Made by a program: the position numbers and the translations under genes. DNA of 64,000 bases from a virus (lineage: Duplodnaviria; Caudoviricetes), in the IMG/VR virus record IMGVR_UViG_638276483_000001, positions 32,001-96,000 of that record, one strand, 5' to 3'. Under the pieces are notes generated by a model. The model ran no database searches, had not been told where the DNA came from, and worked only from the letters and a program-made list of their open reading frames with translations. This document shows positions 46,210 to 55,509 of this stretch, piece after piece; the stretch's first letter is position 1, and the number at the start of each line of letters is the position of its first letter.

Positions 46210-47628
46210 ATAGACGGATTCCTTTCCCGGATTGAGCCGAAGAAAGAACCCTCTCCACGCCCGTCCGGGCCCGTAACCCTACCCAATGACGCCTACACCA
46301 AAAAGGCTGTTGAAGATGAGTTGAGAGACCTTTCCCTCATAGGGGAGGGCGGACGCAATTCCGCCCTCAATAATGCTGCGCTGAAACTCGGACGCCTTCC
46401 TATTTCCAGGGAAGATCTCCGGAAGCTGCTGATCGACGCCTGCTACTCCAACGGCCTCGTTGACGACGACGGGCTCAACTCGGTCGAGGCCACCATCGAA
46501 TCGGCCTTCAGCAAGGCCGACAGGGATGGACCGCGGATGATCCCTGAGCGCCCCGATAAACCTTCCCCGGTGTCGACACCTTCAGCGCCGGCGAAACCCT
46601 CGGAGAATTCGCCTGAGCCCGCAGATAACCCGTTCGGCGACTTCCCGCCGATCGATGCGGCCACGTGGATGTTTGATTCGGGCGAGCCGCCGAAGCCGAT
46701 CTGGGGCACCGACTCGGAGTGTTTATGGGCATCGGGGGAGAGCCTAATGCTGGCCGCCCCGCCCGGGCTAGGCAAGTCAACCCTTGCCGGCCGACTGGTT
46801 AGGGCTCAGCTGGGGCTGCAGGACTCCGTCCTGGGGCTCCCCGTGGCTCCGTCAGACAAGCCGATCCTCTACCTTGCAGCCGACCGTCCGCGGCAGCTTC
46901 AGCGGTCGATGCTGAGGCAATTCAGCGAGGATGAGCGTTCCCTTATTTCTGGGAAATTGTTCATCCGCCCGGGGCCGCCCATCAACAACATTGCATCGGA
47001 CCCGAGCCTTCTGCTGAGGATGGCGGAGGCGGTCGGGGCGGGCACCGTCTACATCGACTCCGTAAAGGACTTCGCGATAGGTCTGTCTAGCGACGAGGTC
47101 GGCGCGCTCTACAACCAGGCGCGCCAGTGGCTGGTGAGTGCAGGCATTGAAGTGTGTGAGTTGCATCACATGAAGAAATTCAATGTCGATAGCACTGGTG
47201 GCATGGGGGATGTCTACGGCTCCACCTGGATCACCAGCGGAACGGGTTCCGTCATCGTTCTCGCCGGCGAGCCTGGCGACTTGGCAATCAGATTTCGCCA
47301 TGTTCGCCAACCCGCGGACGAGGTTGGTCCATTCCACCTGCTTCTCAATCCCGACACGGGCGACTTTGAGGTGCGGCGGTGTGATCTCCTGGTCTCCGCA
47401 AAGAATGCCGGAGCGGGTGGCCTATCAGCCGAGACCGCGGCGATGGACCTTTACGAAACGAAGAAGCCGCGCCCCGCGCAAAAGGCGGCGGCCGAGCGCC
47501 AGCTGGGAAAGATGGTCGCAAAGGGGCTACTGATCAAGATGGATTCCCCTCACGGGGGCCCCGTCTGGTACCCGGCTGAGAGGCGATTCGACGAGCAGCC
47601 CCCAGCAAAGATGAACGGAATGTTCTAG
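46210..47628 (+). CDS. RepA/AAA_25-type replicative helicase with N-terminal primase C-terminal-like domain (probable ATA start)
   Basis: GGRNSALNNAA; Walker A APPGLGKS; Walker B VYIDS; HHMKK; YGSTW. Confidence 0.85.
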   Translation: MDGFLSRIEPKKEPSPRPSGPVTLPNDAYTKKAVEDELRDLSLIGEGGRNSALNNAALKLGRLPISREDLRKLLIDACYSNGLVDDDGLNSVEATIESAFSKADRDGPRMIPERPDKPSPVSTPSAPAKPSENSPEPADNPFGDFPPIDAATWMFDSGEPPKPIWGTDSECLWASGESLMLAAPPGLGKSTLAGRLVRAQLGLQDSVLGLPVAPSDKPILYLAADRPRQLQRSMLRQFSEDERSLISGKLFIRPGPPINNIASDPSLLLRMAEAVGAGTVYIDSVKDFAIGLSSDEVGALYNQARQWLVSAGIEVCELHHMKKFNVDSTGGMGDVYGSTWITSGTGSVIVLAGEPGDLAIRFRHVRQPADEVGPFHLLLNPDTGDFEVRRCDLLVSAKNAGAGGLSAETAAMDLYETKKPRPAQKAAAERQLGKMVAKGLLIKMDSPHGGPVWYPAERRFDEQPPAKMNGMF

Positions 47629-48242
47629 TGGAACCTGACGCTGAACTGTGGCGCGACATACCCGACTACGAAGGCCTTTATCAGGCCAGCAACCAGGGTC
47701 GCATCCGTTCCATCGACAGGGTCATTAAGCAGGCGTCGCCGCATGGCGGCATCATCGAACGCAGGATGCCAGGTAGGGTGCTCGCACCTTGGGCCCACTC
47801 GGCCGACGGGCGCCCGTGGGTGTCGCTCAGTTGCGGCGGCAAGGTCAAGAGGTTGGGCGTTCACGTCCTCGTTGCCCGTGCGTTCTGGGGCGTGGCGCCG
47901 TCCGACAAGCCCATGGCCCTCCACCGCAATGGCGATCCGTTCGACAATCGTCCAGAGAATCTCTACTGGGGCGATAACGCCGACAACATGAACGATGCGG
48001 TTCGGCATGGCACCCACGTGGCCACGCGGCGCACCGAATGCCCCTATGGCCATGCGCTGGCCGATCCGAATATCAAGTGGACCAGCGATAGGCGCGGTCG
48101 GGAGTGCAAGGCCTGCTGCAATGCGAACGGGTGGGCGCGAGCCCAGCGCAAAAAGGGGTTATCTCCCGCCGAGTCGGATAAGCGGGCGTACGCCGACCGG
48201 CGATACGCCGAGATTATGAACCACCAATGAACGGAATGTTCT
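47611..48242. repeat. 16-bp direct repeat flanking the HNH gene
   Basis: atgaacggaatgttct at 47611-47626 and 48227-48242. Confidence 0.8.
47628..48230 (+). CDS. NUMOD4-HNH homing endonuclease
   Basis: WRDIPDYEGLYQASNQGRIRS; VHVLVA..LHRNGDPFDNRPENL; CPYGH. Confidence 0.9.
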   Translation: MEPDAELWRDIPDYEGLYQASNQGRIRSIDRVIKQASPHGGIIERRMPGRVLAPWAHSADGRPWVSLSCGGKVKRLGVHVLVARAFWGVAPSDKPMALHRNGDPFDNRPENLYWGDNADNMNDAVRHGTHVATRRTECPYGHALADPNIKWTSDRRGRECKACCNANGWARAQRKKGLSPAESDKRAYADRRYAEIMNHQ

Positions 48243-48245
48243 GAA

Positions 48246-49556
48246 GTGAATAAAGTTGATATCCGCCTCGGCGACTGCCGGGGCGTCTTAGCGAGTTTTC
48301 CTGACGCCAGTGTCGATGCAATTCTCACAGACCCGCCCTACGAACTGGGATTCATGGGCAAGAAGTGGGACGGCTCGGGCATCGCCTTCGACGTCGAGAT
48401 GTGGGAGCAATGCCTGCGGGTCCTCAAGCCCGGTGGGCACCTGCTCGCCTTCGGCGGCTCCCGCACCTGGCACCGGCTGACCGTGGCCATCGAGGACGCC
48501 GGGTTTGAGATCCGCGACTCGATCGCCTGGCTGTACGGCAGCGGGTTCCCGAAGTCGCTCGACGTGGCGAAGGCGATCGACAAGGCGGGGGGCGAGTCCC
48601 CGCAAAGGCAGGCTGAGGTCCTGCGAAATGCCAGAACTCGGGCGGGGCTATCGAGAGCCGAGGTGGCCGAGCGGATCGGGTGCACTCCCTCCTCGGTCAG
48701 GGACTGGGAGGAGGGGAGATCGCGGGCGGTCGGACGATCCCTCGAATGGATCACACCGTCTCCTGAGTATCGCGACAGGTTGGCAGATCTTCTCGGATAC
48801 ACATCCGACGAGCGACGTATCGCCGGGGCGTCTACCGACCGCCGGGGTGACGGGACGGTCATCGGCCTGGGGCACTCCGGGGTGAAATACGGCACCGACG
48901 CCTCAACGGAAGCTGCGAAGCAGTGGCAGGGATGGGGCACAGCGCTGAAACCATCGTTTGAGCCCATCGTGGTCGCGCGCAAGCCTCTCGTGGGCACGGT
49001 GGCGGCGAATGTCCTGGAGCACGGTACGGGGGCGTTGAACATCGACGCCTGCCGCATCGGCACGGCTCAAGGACGCTGGCCCACGAACGTTGTTCTCGAT
49101 GGCACGCAGGCTGCCGAGCTCGACGCGCAGAGCGGCATTCAAAAGTCCGGGACGGCGGTTCAGCGCAACGGCGGTGGGCAGAAAATCTTCGGCGGCATCG
49201 CGGGCGGGGAGAACAGTGCGGGTGCCCGACCTGACGCCGGGTACAACGACGAGGGCGGCGCGTCTCGGTTCTTTCCGGTGTTCAAGTACCAGGCCAAGGC
49301 TCCCGCCAAGGAGCGCCCCAGCTACGTCAACGAAGACGGTGCCAAGGTCATGCACAGCACCGTGAAGCCCTTGACCCTGATGCGCTGGCTCGCTCGGCTC
49401 GTGTGCCCTCCCGGTGGGGTGATCCTTGATCCTTTCGCCGGGTCGGGAACCACGGTGGAGGCGTGTCTTCTCGAGGGTTTCGACTGTATCGCCATTGAAA
49501 GCGAAGCCGACTACATCCCGCTTATTGAGCAGCGGATTGAAAGGGTCGGCGCATAG
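48246..49556 (+). CDS. DNA N6-adenine/N4-cytosine methyltransferase (beta class) with an inserted XRE HTH
   Basis: TDPPY, HSTVKP, LDPFAGSGT; internal LRNARTRAGLSRAEVAERIG..VRDWEEG. Confidence 0.92.
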   Translation: MNKVDIRLGDCRGVLASFPDASVDAILTDPPYELGFMGKKWDGSGIAFDVEMWEQCLRVLKPGGHLLAFGGSRTWHRLTVAIEDAGFEIRDSIAWLYGSGFPKSLDVAKAIDKAGGESPQRQAEVLRNARTRAGLSRAEVAERIGCTPSSVRDWEEGRSRAVGRSLEWITPSPEYRDRLADLLGYTSDERRIAGASTDRRGDGTVIGLGHSGVKYGTDASTEAAKQWQGWGTALKPSFEPIVVARKPLVGTVAANVLEHGTGALNIDACRIGTAQGRWPTNVVLDGTQAAELDAQSGIQKSGTAVQRNGGGQKIFGGIAGGENSAGARPDAGYNDEGGASRFFPVFKYQAKAPAKERPSYVNEDGAKVMHSTVKPLTLMRWLARLVCPPGGVILDPFAGSGTTVEACLLEGFDCIAIESEADYIPLIEQRIERVGA

Positions 49557-49564
49557 GAGCCCCC

Positions 49565-50152
49565 ATGGAGTCATGCTGGCATTGCAATAGGGACGTGCAT
49601 GAGGCCCCGCTAACCGAGCGAGTGGCGAAAATGTACGACCGCCACTCTTTCGATCTGGAGTATTCGGCCAAGGAAGATGATTCCCCGATTATCTGCCTTG
49701 GGTCGGGTGCGATAGGCCCGGCGCGGCCGAGGACGTGGAGTAACTCCACATGGAAGACTGTCGGCTACGCCATGGCGGACCTTGCCGCAATCCAAGGAGC
49801 CTCGTACGTGTCCGGGGCGTATCTCTCGCAGTTCGCAAGCAGCCTCGAAAAGTTCGCCGCTGCCATAGGCGAGTGGTCGGTCAAGACTCAGGGCTCCTCA
49901 ATCATCTACGAATGGAAACTTCTCGGCGCCACGCCCGAGGAGCCGAAAAAGTGCGAACTCCCCGACGATATCCCGGAGATCGAATTCGGCCCCAAGAACT
50001 GGGTGAAACCGGAGAGTTATCCGGTGCTGTATCCCATGGCATTGCCGATTGCAGGGTGGGAAGAAGAGATCCCCCTGCCGGAACTTCCCAAAACCGACTA
50101 CAAGGAGCTTGGCGAGAAGCTGAGCAAGAAATTGACATGGAGTTTTAAATGA
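49565..50152 (+). CDS. Hypothetical protein
   Basis: RBS aggag. Confidence 0.65.
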   Translation: MESCWHCNRDVHEAPLTERVAKMYDRHSFDLEYSAKEDDSPIICLGSGAIGPARPRTWSNSTWKTVGYAMADLAAIQGASYVSGAYLSQFASSLEKFAAAIGEWSVKTQGSSIIYEWKLLGATPEEPKKCELPDDIPEIEFGPKNWVKPESYPVLYPMALPIAGWEEEIPLPELPKTDYKELGEKLSKKLTWSFK

Positions 50153-50472
50153 AAACCTCGGAATTTGTAGCGAGCGCGCGCGACGAGATCTACCAGGGCT
50201 GGACGAAGAACAGCTACCGCAATGATCAGGGCGTGTGCATCCTCGGCGCGCTCGACCGGGTGGCGCTGCACAACCTCCACCTCGATACGGAGGAGACGGT
50301 GAAGGCCCGCGCCAAGGCCGAGGCGGAAATCAAGAAGATGGCTGAGGAGCTTTTCCCCGACATCTGGAGTGGCGACATCCCGGCCCTCAATGACAACTGG
50401 AGCACCACCAAGGACGACGTCTTGAACCTTCTGGACAAGACGACGATCGGCCTGGAGGAGCGAGGGGAGTGA
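50149..50472 (+). CDS. Hypothetical protein (DUF6197-like)
   Basis: GWTK..CILGAL..LND..TKDDVL. Confidence 0.7.
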   Translation: MKTSEFVASARDEIYQGWTKNSYRNDQGVCILGALDRVALHNLHLDTEETVKARAKAEAEIKKMAEELFPDIWSGDIPALNDNWSTTKDDVLNLLDKTTIGLEERGE

Positions 50473-50729
50473 TCCCCCGCATCGGCAGCCGCCGCTGGAT
50501 AGCGTGGAAACTCGTCCAGCTGGCGGCGCGCATCTACGACGCCGAGTATTACGAGCGAATCTATGTCACAGACCCTGCGGGGCAAGAGGTAGCTGAGGTC
50601 GTCGTAATAGGCGATCCATACGGGTGCGGGATTTTTAGCACATCCGGCGGGCTACTTCCGGGTGGGGCGCGTGCGCTGCCCGACGGCTCCACCATCCATT
50701 GGGACGACGACTACCAACCGGACTGGTAA
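50469..50729 (+). CDS. Hypothetical protein, paralog of 61855-62076
   Basis: LAxRIY..ERIxxTD. Confidence 0.65.
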   Translation: MIPRIGSRRWIAWKLVQLAARIYDAEYYERIYVTDPAGQEVAEVVVIGDPYGCGIFSTSGGLLPGGARALPDGSTIHWDDDYQPDW

Positions 50730-51215
50730 ATGACCACCACCCAGCACAAGCACAACCTGAAACGCTGGATGATGCGGGCCCACGCCATCGAGGGAAAAGT
50801 CTTTTGCGGTGAGTGTGGAATAGAACTCACCCAGGAGACGGTGACAATAGGCCACTGGCCGGTCCCCGCCTACCTCGGTGGAACATGGACCCGCAACAAC
50901 GTCCGGCCGGAATGCTTCGAATGCAATGTCCACGAGGGTGGGGCGATGTCCGCACTCCCCGCCAAACTGGTGTGGGAAATCGTCTACGAGCGGGCCACCG
51001 GGTTCGTCTATCTCGAAAAGATGAAGCGCTTGAGGTTGCAGCCCATCAAGGTTTCACCCAACTTCGGGAAAGTCCATCGCAAGGCGGTGCGCGCCGGCAA
51101 GAAGTGGGTGCATCACCCGCGCAACACCCCCAACCGCCCGCGGATGTGGCGGATATCCAACTTTGGAGAAAGCCATGAGCAAGAAAAAGCTGAAAGTCAC
51201 CCTGTACTCAGCTGA
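50730..51215 (+). CDS. HNH endonuclease
   Basis: CGEC..TIGHWPVP..GGT..NVRPECFECN. Confidence 0.75.
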   Translation: MTTTQHKHNLKRWMMRAHAIEGKVFCGECGIELTQETVTIGHWPVPAYLGGTWTRNNVRPECFECNVHEGGAMSALPAKLVWEIVYERATGFVYLEKMKRLRLQPIKVSPNFGKVHRKAVRAGKKWVHHPRNTPNRPRMWRISNFGESHEQEKAESHPVLS

Positions 51216-51549
51216 CATGGGAATCCGGTCGGCAATCCGCACCGCATTCGAGGGTGCCGGGTACGCCGTCAAGGAGGTGACCGACTCCTCCAGGCCTCCC
51301 CGGGTGGATATCGACGAGGAGCAGCAGCCGGGCACGATCAGCCGCCTCCGCCTGCCCGATCGCGTAGACGCCGTGGTCACCAAGACCGGGCTGAACTCCC
51401 GGGTTGAGGGCTTGGCGGCCTCGTTGGCGCTGAAGCAGGGCCGAAACGATGTCTACTGCTACGTGATTCCCGATGCGCTGGACGCGCTGCGAGCCAAGCT
51501 CGATCGCATGGGCGAATTAGTCCTCGTGGGCGGCGACCAAGCAAAGTGA
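51175..51549 (+). CDS. Hypothetical protein
   Basis: RBS ggaga. Confidence 0.65.
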   Translation: MSKKKLKVTLYSADMGIRSAIRTAFEGAGYAVKEVTDSSRPPRVDIDEEQQPGTISRLRLPDRVDAVVTKTGLNSRVEGLAASLALKQGRNDVYCYVIPDALDALRAKLDRMGELVLVGGDQAK

Positions 51550-51734
51550 CCACCCTCCTCTGGGTATATCTATCCTTCGGAATCATCTCAGGCGTCCTTG
51601 TGGGGGGCGCCTATCTTCTTGAGCACCCCAATAAAGAGGGCGCGCTCGAGTCTTTAGCCATTGCCCTGGTCACCATCGCCACTTGGCCATGGGTCGCCTG
51701 GATCGCCATCGGCGATCTTCTCAATCTTCGATAA
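51546..51734 (+). CDS. Small two-TM membrane protein
   Basis: Hydrophobic helices, WP motif. Confidence 0.6.
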   Translation: MTTLLWVYLSFGIISGVLVGGAYLLEHPNKEGALESLAIALVTIATWPWVAWIAIGDLLNLR

Positions 51735-51745
51735 CGGAGAAAGCC

Positions 51746-53086
51746 TTGAAATTCGATCCGCCCGCCAACAGCAACTACGCCTGCACGGTTGTGAAGATCC
51801 CCGCGACCATTACCCTGTCGGGGTTGGACAATTTGGTTGGGGTTCCAGTTTTGGGCCACCAGGCGCTCACCCAGAAGGATAAACAGGCCGGCGAGTTGGC
51901 CTTGGCGTTCACTGCCGAGACGCAGCTGTCCGAGGAGTACGCCGCGTACAACAATCTGTTCCGCGACTCCTCCCTGAACCGCGACCAGGCCGAGAAGGGT
52001 TATCTTGAGGCCAATCGCCGGATCAGAGCCCTCAAGCTCCGCGGCCACCGCAGCGACGCCCTCCTGATGCCCCTGGAGTCCATCGCCTACACGGGCGTGG
52101 ATGTCTCCCAGCTGCAAGAGGGCGACGTGTTCGACGCCGTCAACGGCCACGAGATCTGCCGTAAATACACCCTTCCAGTGAAGCGGCAGCCGCAGGCCAA
52201 GTCCAAGGTGGAGAAGGCGTTCAAGAGGGTTGACACCAAGCTTTTCCCCGAGCATATCAGCACAGATCAGTTCCACCGCAATCAGCACCTGTTGCGCCCG
52301 GGCCGGGAAATCGTGATCACCCAGAAGCTCCACGGGACCAGCATTCGCGTCGGCCGGGTCCCCTGCCTGCGCCAGAAGGGCCGCCTGGAGCGATTCCTGA
52401 ATCGCTGGCTCCCGACGCCGGATTACACCTACGACGCCGTGTTCGGCTCCCGCAAGGTGATCAAGGACGTCAACAACCCGAACCAGAATCACTACTACCA
52501 GTCGGACATCTGGACGGACTACGGCAAGAAGATCGCCGACCTCATCCCGGAGGGGTATATCGTCTACGGGGAGCTCATAGGGTGGACTCCCGTCAAGGAC
52601 GGTATGCAGTTCGACACCTCGCCAATTCAGAAGAATTACACCTACAACCTTCCCGAGGGCCAGGCGGAACTCTACGTCTACCGGGTGGCCACCATCAACA
52701 CCCAGGGAACCCTTGCGGATCTTCCTTGGGACGCGGTGAAGGAATTCTGCCTCGCCCGGGGGCTGAAGTGGACCCCGGAGATGGGTCGCGTCTCCTTCGG
52801 CCCGCAAACGCTCTGGTCGGCCGAAGACATTGAGCAATATGTCAACGAATTGATGGATATGCGTTACGCGGACTACTACGACGAGGTCGTCGCCAAGGAC
52901 GAGGAATTAGCGGCCATTTTTGAGCGTCCCATTCCATTGTCCGATAAGAAGACGGTGGACGAGGGCGTGGTGCTGCGCCAAGAGGGCATCGTCCCCGTTT
53001 TGCTAAAGGCTAAGGCGCCGGCGTTCCTTCTTCACGAAACGAAGCTCCTCGACGCCGAAGAGCAAGACATCGAATCCGCCGCATAA
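51746..53086 (+). CDS. RNA ligase (Rnl2/Rnl5-like with N-terminal OB domain)
   Basis: KLRGHRSDAL OB segment; motif I TQKLHGTS; VYGELIG; EGVVLR; LLKAK. Confidence 0.88.
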   Translation: MKFDPPANSNYACTVVKIPATITLSGLDNLVGVPVLGHQALTQKDKQAGELALAFTAETQLSEEYAAYNNLFRDSSLNRDQAEKGYLEANRRIRALKLRGHRSDALLMPLESIAYTGVDVSQLQEGDVFDAVNGHEICRKYTLPVKRQPQAKSKVEKAFKRVDTKLFPEHISTDQFHRNQHLLRPGREIVITQKLHGTSIRVGRVPCLRQKGRLERFLNRWLPTPDYTYDAVFGSRKVIKDVNNPNQNHYYQSDIWTDYGKKIADLIPEGYIVYGELIGWTPVKDGMQFDTSPIQKNYTYNLPEGQAELYVYRVATINTQGTLADLPWDAVKEFCLARGLKWTPEMGRVSFGPQTLWSAEDIEQYVNELMDMRYADYYDEVVAKDEELAAIFERPIPLSDKKTVDEGVVLRQEGIVPVLLKAKAPAFLLHETKLLDAEEQDIESAA

Positions 53087-53096
53087 GGAGTTTTGA

Positions 53097-53807
53097 TTGA
53101 ACGACTGGGACGAGGCCCGCAGAAAGAGCCTGGAACTCCAAAAGCTGGAACTCGATGTCGAGAACGCCAAGTTGGATCTCCGTCGGCTCGCCGCGGAGGC
53201 GGAGGAGAAAGAGCACCAGGCGGCGCTGGCCGCCATCAGGCTGCGGGAGGCCGAGGCGGAAGAGGTTGAGCGGGATTCCTCGGATGCCGCCAACTACACC
53301 TATCGGTTTGCCGACGAGGTGGATGACGACTCGATCTTCGCTTTGATGGACACGGTGAACGCCTGGCACCGCCAGGACCCGGAGTCGAAGTGGAATTTGA
53401 TCGTTGACTCCCCGGGTGGATACTGTAATTCGGGCTTTCACGCCATCGACCAGCTGATCGAGTATTCGGCGTGGGGCGGCGGCTCCCACTACATCACCAT
53501 GACGGTAAGGGGCATGGCCGCCTCTATGGGCGGAATCATTCTCCAGGCGGCGGACGAGCGGGTCATGGGAAGAAACGCTCAGATTCTTATCCATCCCATC
53601 TCATCGGGGCTATACGGCGGCAGGGGCGAACTCCATGACTACATGGGTCGCATTGAGATGCTCACCGCGCAGGCCGAGAAACTCTTCAAGCACCGCGCGG
53701 GGAAGAAGCTTCCCAGGAAGAAACTTAAAAACGCGCTTATGTATAAGAACTGGTGGATCGGTGCTGAAGAGGCGCTGGAGTACGCCCTTGTAGACAGGAT
53801 TGGATAA
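53097..53807 (+). CDS. ClpP-like protease with N-terminal coiled coil
   Basis: DSPGG, GMAASMG (Ser), LIHP (His), AEEALEYALVDRI. Confidence 0.9.
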   Translation: MNDWDEARRKSLELQKLELDVENAKLDLRRLAAEAEEKEHQAALAAIRLREAEAEEVERDSSDAANYTYRFADEVDDDSIFALMDTVNAWHRQDPESKWNLIVDSPGGYCNSGFHAIDQLIEYSAWGGGSHYITMTVRGMAASMGGIILQAADERVMGRNAQILIHPISSGLYGGRGELHDYMGRIEMLTAQAEKLFKHRAGKKLPRKKLKNALMYKNWWIGAEEALEYALVDRIG

Positions 53808-54343
53808 TGAGTCGTCAAATAATCGTGGTGGACACGGAGACCGGGGGGCTCGGTCCCAACGCTCCGGTGTTGGAGATCGCAGCGGTCAATGTCGAGACCG
53901 GGGAGGAATTTCGTGTCGTCCCGTTTGTTACGGCGGCGCAACTCTCCTCCTGCGAGCCCGAGGCGCTCGCCATCAATCGATTCTATGAGCGCCGGGTGTT
54001 CGCGGACATGCTAGAGGACGCCGAGGGGAACAAGAACGCTTTCGACTGGCTGCGCAGCATGCTTGACGGAAATGTGTTCGCAGGCTCAAACCCGGCATTT
54101 GACGCGCCGCTAATCGCCAAACTGTTGAACGGCGAGCCGTGGCATCATCGCAAACTTGCGCTGGAATCGTATGCGGCAGGCGTGCTGGGCCTGCCCCTCG
54201 ACGAGCTCCCGGGCCTCAACAAGGTCTGCGAAATCCTCGGGGTAGAGAATGAAGACCCCCATTCCGCACTGGGGGACGCGCGGGCCACGGCCGAGTGTTT
54301 CCGGATTCTGCGGGGCATGGCCGAGCAGAATCGGGCGCGATGA
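53807..54343 (+). CDS. DnaQ-like DEDDh 3'-5' exonuclease
   Basis: VDTETGGL, NPAFD, HSALGDA. Confidence 0.9.
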   Translation: MSRQIIVVDTETGGLGPNAPVLEIAAVNVETGEEFRVVPFVTAAQLSSCEPEALAINRFYERRVFADMLEDAEGNKNAFDWLRSMLDGNVFAGSNPAFDAPLIAKLLNGEPWHHRKLALESYAAGVLGLPLDELPGLNKVCEILGVENEDPHSALGDARATAECFRILRGMAEQNRAR

Positions 54344-54627
54344 CCGATTATCGCATGGGGCTCTCCATCGTCCCGATAGCCGACGACCTTGGCAACACGT
54401 ACGACGGACTCTTTGTGAAGGGGGATCTGTTCGGGGTTGTCAGGAATTTCCGGCCAAATTACGAGAAATATGAACCTTGGAGCGTCCTGTATGGGTACGA
54501 GGGTTCGGAGTACTCCTACTACCGCCCCATAACAATGGAGCTGGCCGTGGCTCCGGTACCCGCGGTGCGCAAGCCTAAGAAGCGCCGCACCTACACAGAA
54601 GCCTATGGATTACGGAGACCTAAATGA
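54340..54627 (+). CDS. Hypothetical protein
   Basis: ATGA overlap. Confidence 0.6.
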   Translation: MTDYRMGLSIVPIADDLGNTYDGLFVKGDLFGVVRNFRPNYEKYEPWSVLYGYEGSEYSYYRPITMELAVAPVPAVRKPKKRRTYTEAYGLRRPK

Positions 54628-54944
54628 GAGACAAAGTGCGTGACGAGCTGGCGGGCTTCGTCATCAGGGCGCAGTACGGAAGCCCGGGGCAGACGACTGA
54701 CGAGATCGTTGACGCGATCCTGGAGAAGTTCGACGTCACCGAGAAGCCGGGACCGGCGGTCCCGTTCGGGACGATCCGGGTGACGGCTTCCAGCGATGGC
54801 CGTGCCGTCAACGTCTTCATCAGCAACGGCGACGGCACTTGGGTGACGATCTTCCACGACAAGGGTCATGGGGAGGGTCACCTGAACTGGAGCGCCCCGT
54901 GGGACGGCCTCGATCCAGGGGAGAAGGAGGTCTTCCGGCCGTGA
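54624..54944 (+). CDS. Hypothetical protein, paralog of 16459-16752
   Basis: Shared motifs. Confidence 0.7.
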   Translation: MRDKVRDELAGFVIRAQYGSPGQTTDEIVDAILEKFDVTEKPGPAVPFGTIRVTASSDGRAVNVFISNGDGTWVTIFHDKGHGEGHLNWSAPWDGLDPGEKEVFRP

Positions 54945-55156
54945 TCAGCGACCTGACCTCCGAAGAGTTGAAGACCCTCGCCGAGGTTGTCGACCTCTAT
55001 GAGCAGATTGTCCTCAAGCTGTCGAATATCAACGCCTTCGCGCGCGGGGTCCTGCACATCGAAACCGAGAATGAGCCTTACTACCTCGGATGGGTGGGAT
55101 ACGGCGAGCATGGCTCTCTGACGTTCCAGCCCGCCACAGACCCGGAGGAATTGTGA
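54941..55156 (+). CDS. Hypothetical protein
   Basis: GTGA overlap. Confidence 0.6.
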   Translation: MISDLTSEELKTLAEVVDLYEQIVLKLSNINAFARGVLHIETENEPYYLGWVGYGEHGSLTFQPATDPEEL

Positions 55157-55287
55157 CCGATCAAATGATAGCTCCACCACTAACGGGGTCATTTTCCGAC
55201 GCCCTGGCGTGGGCGGGGGGGCCTGGAGCCCGGCGGCAATCCCGTATCCATCCGCTGGGGCGAACCGATACCGGAGGATGAACGGCC

Positions 55288-55479
55288 GTGACCTACGAAC
55301 CCACCTATCGCTACTACACCCTTGACTGCGACGCGTGCAAGAAGACCGTGGGCATGAACACCGATGGTCAACTCCCCTCGCGAGGATTGACCATCTGCGT
55401 GGACTGCTGGATGAGCCCCGGCGACCTTCCGGAGTATCTGCGCTCCACCCTTCGGTACGACCAGGCGGGGAAGCTGTGA
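55288..55479 (+). CDS. Small Zn-ribbon protein
   Basis: CDAC..CVDC; RBS ggagg. Confidence 0.6.
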   Translation: MTYEPTYRYYTLDCDACKKTVGMNTDGQLPSRGLTICVDCWMSPGDLPEYLRSTLRYDQAGKL

Positions 55480-55509
55480 GTTACATCCTATTGAGCCCCG
55501 GAGTGAATT

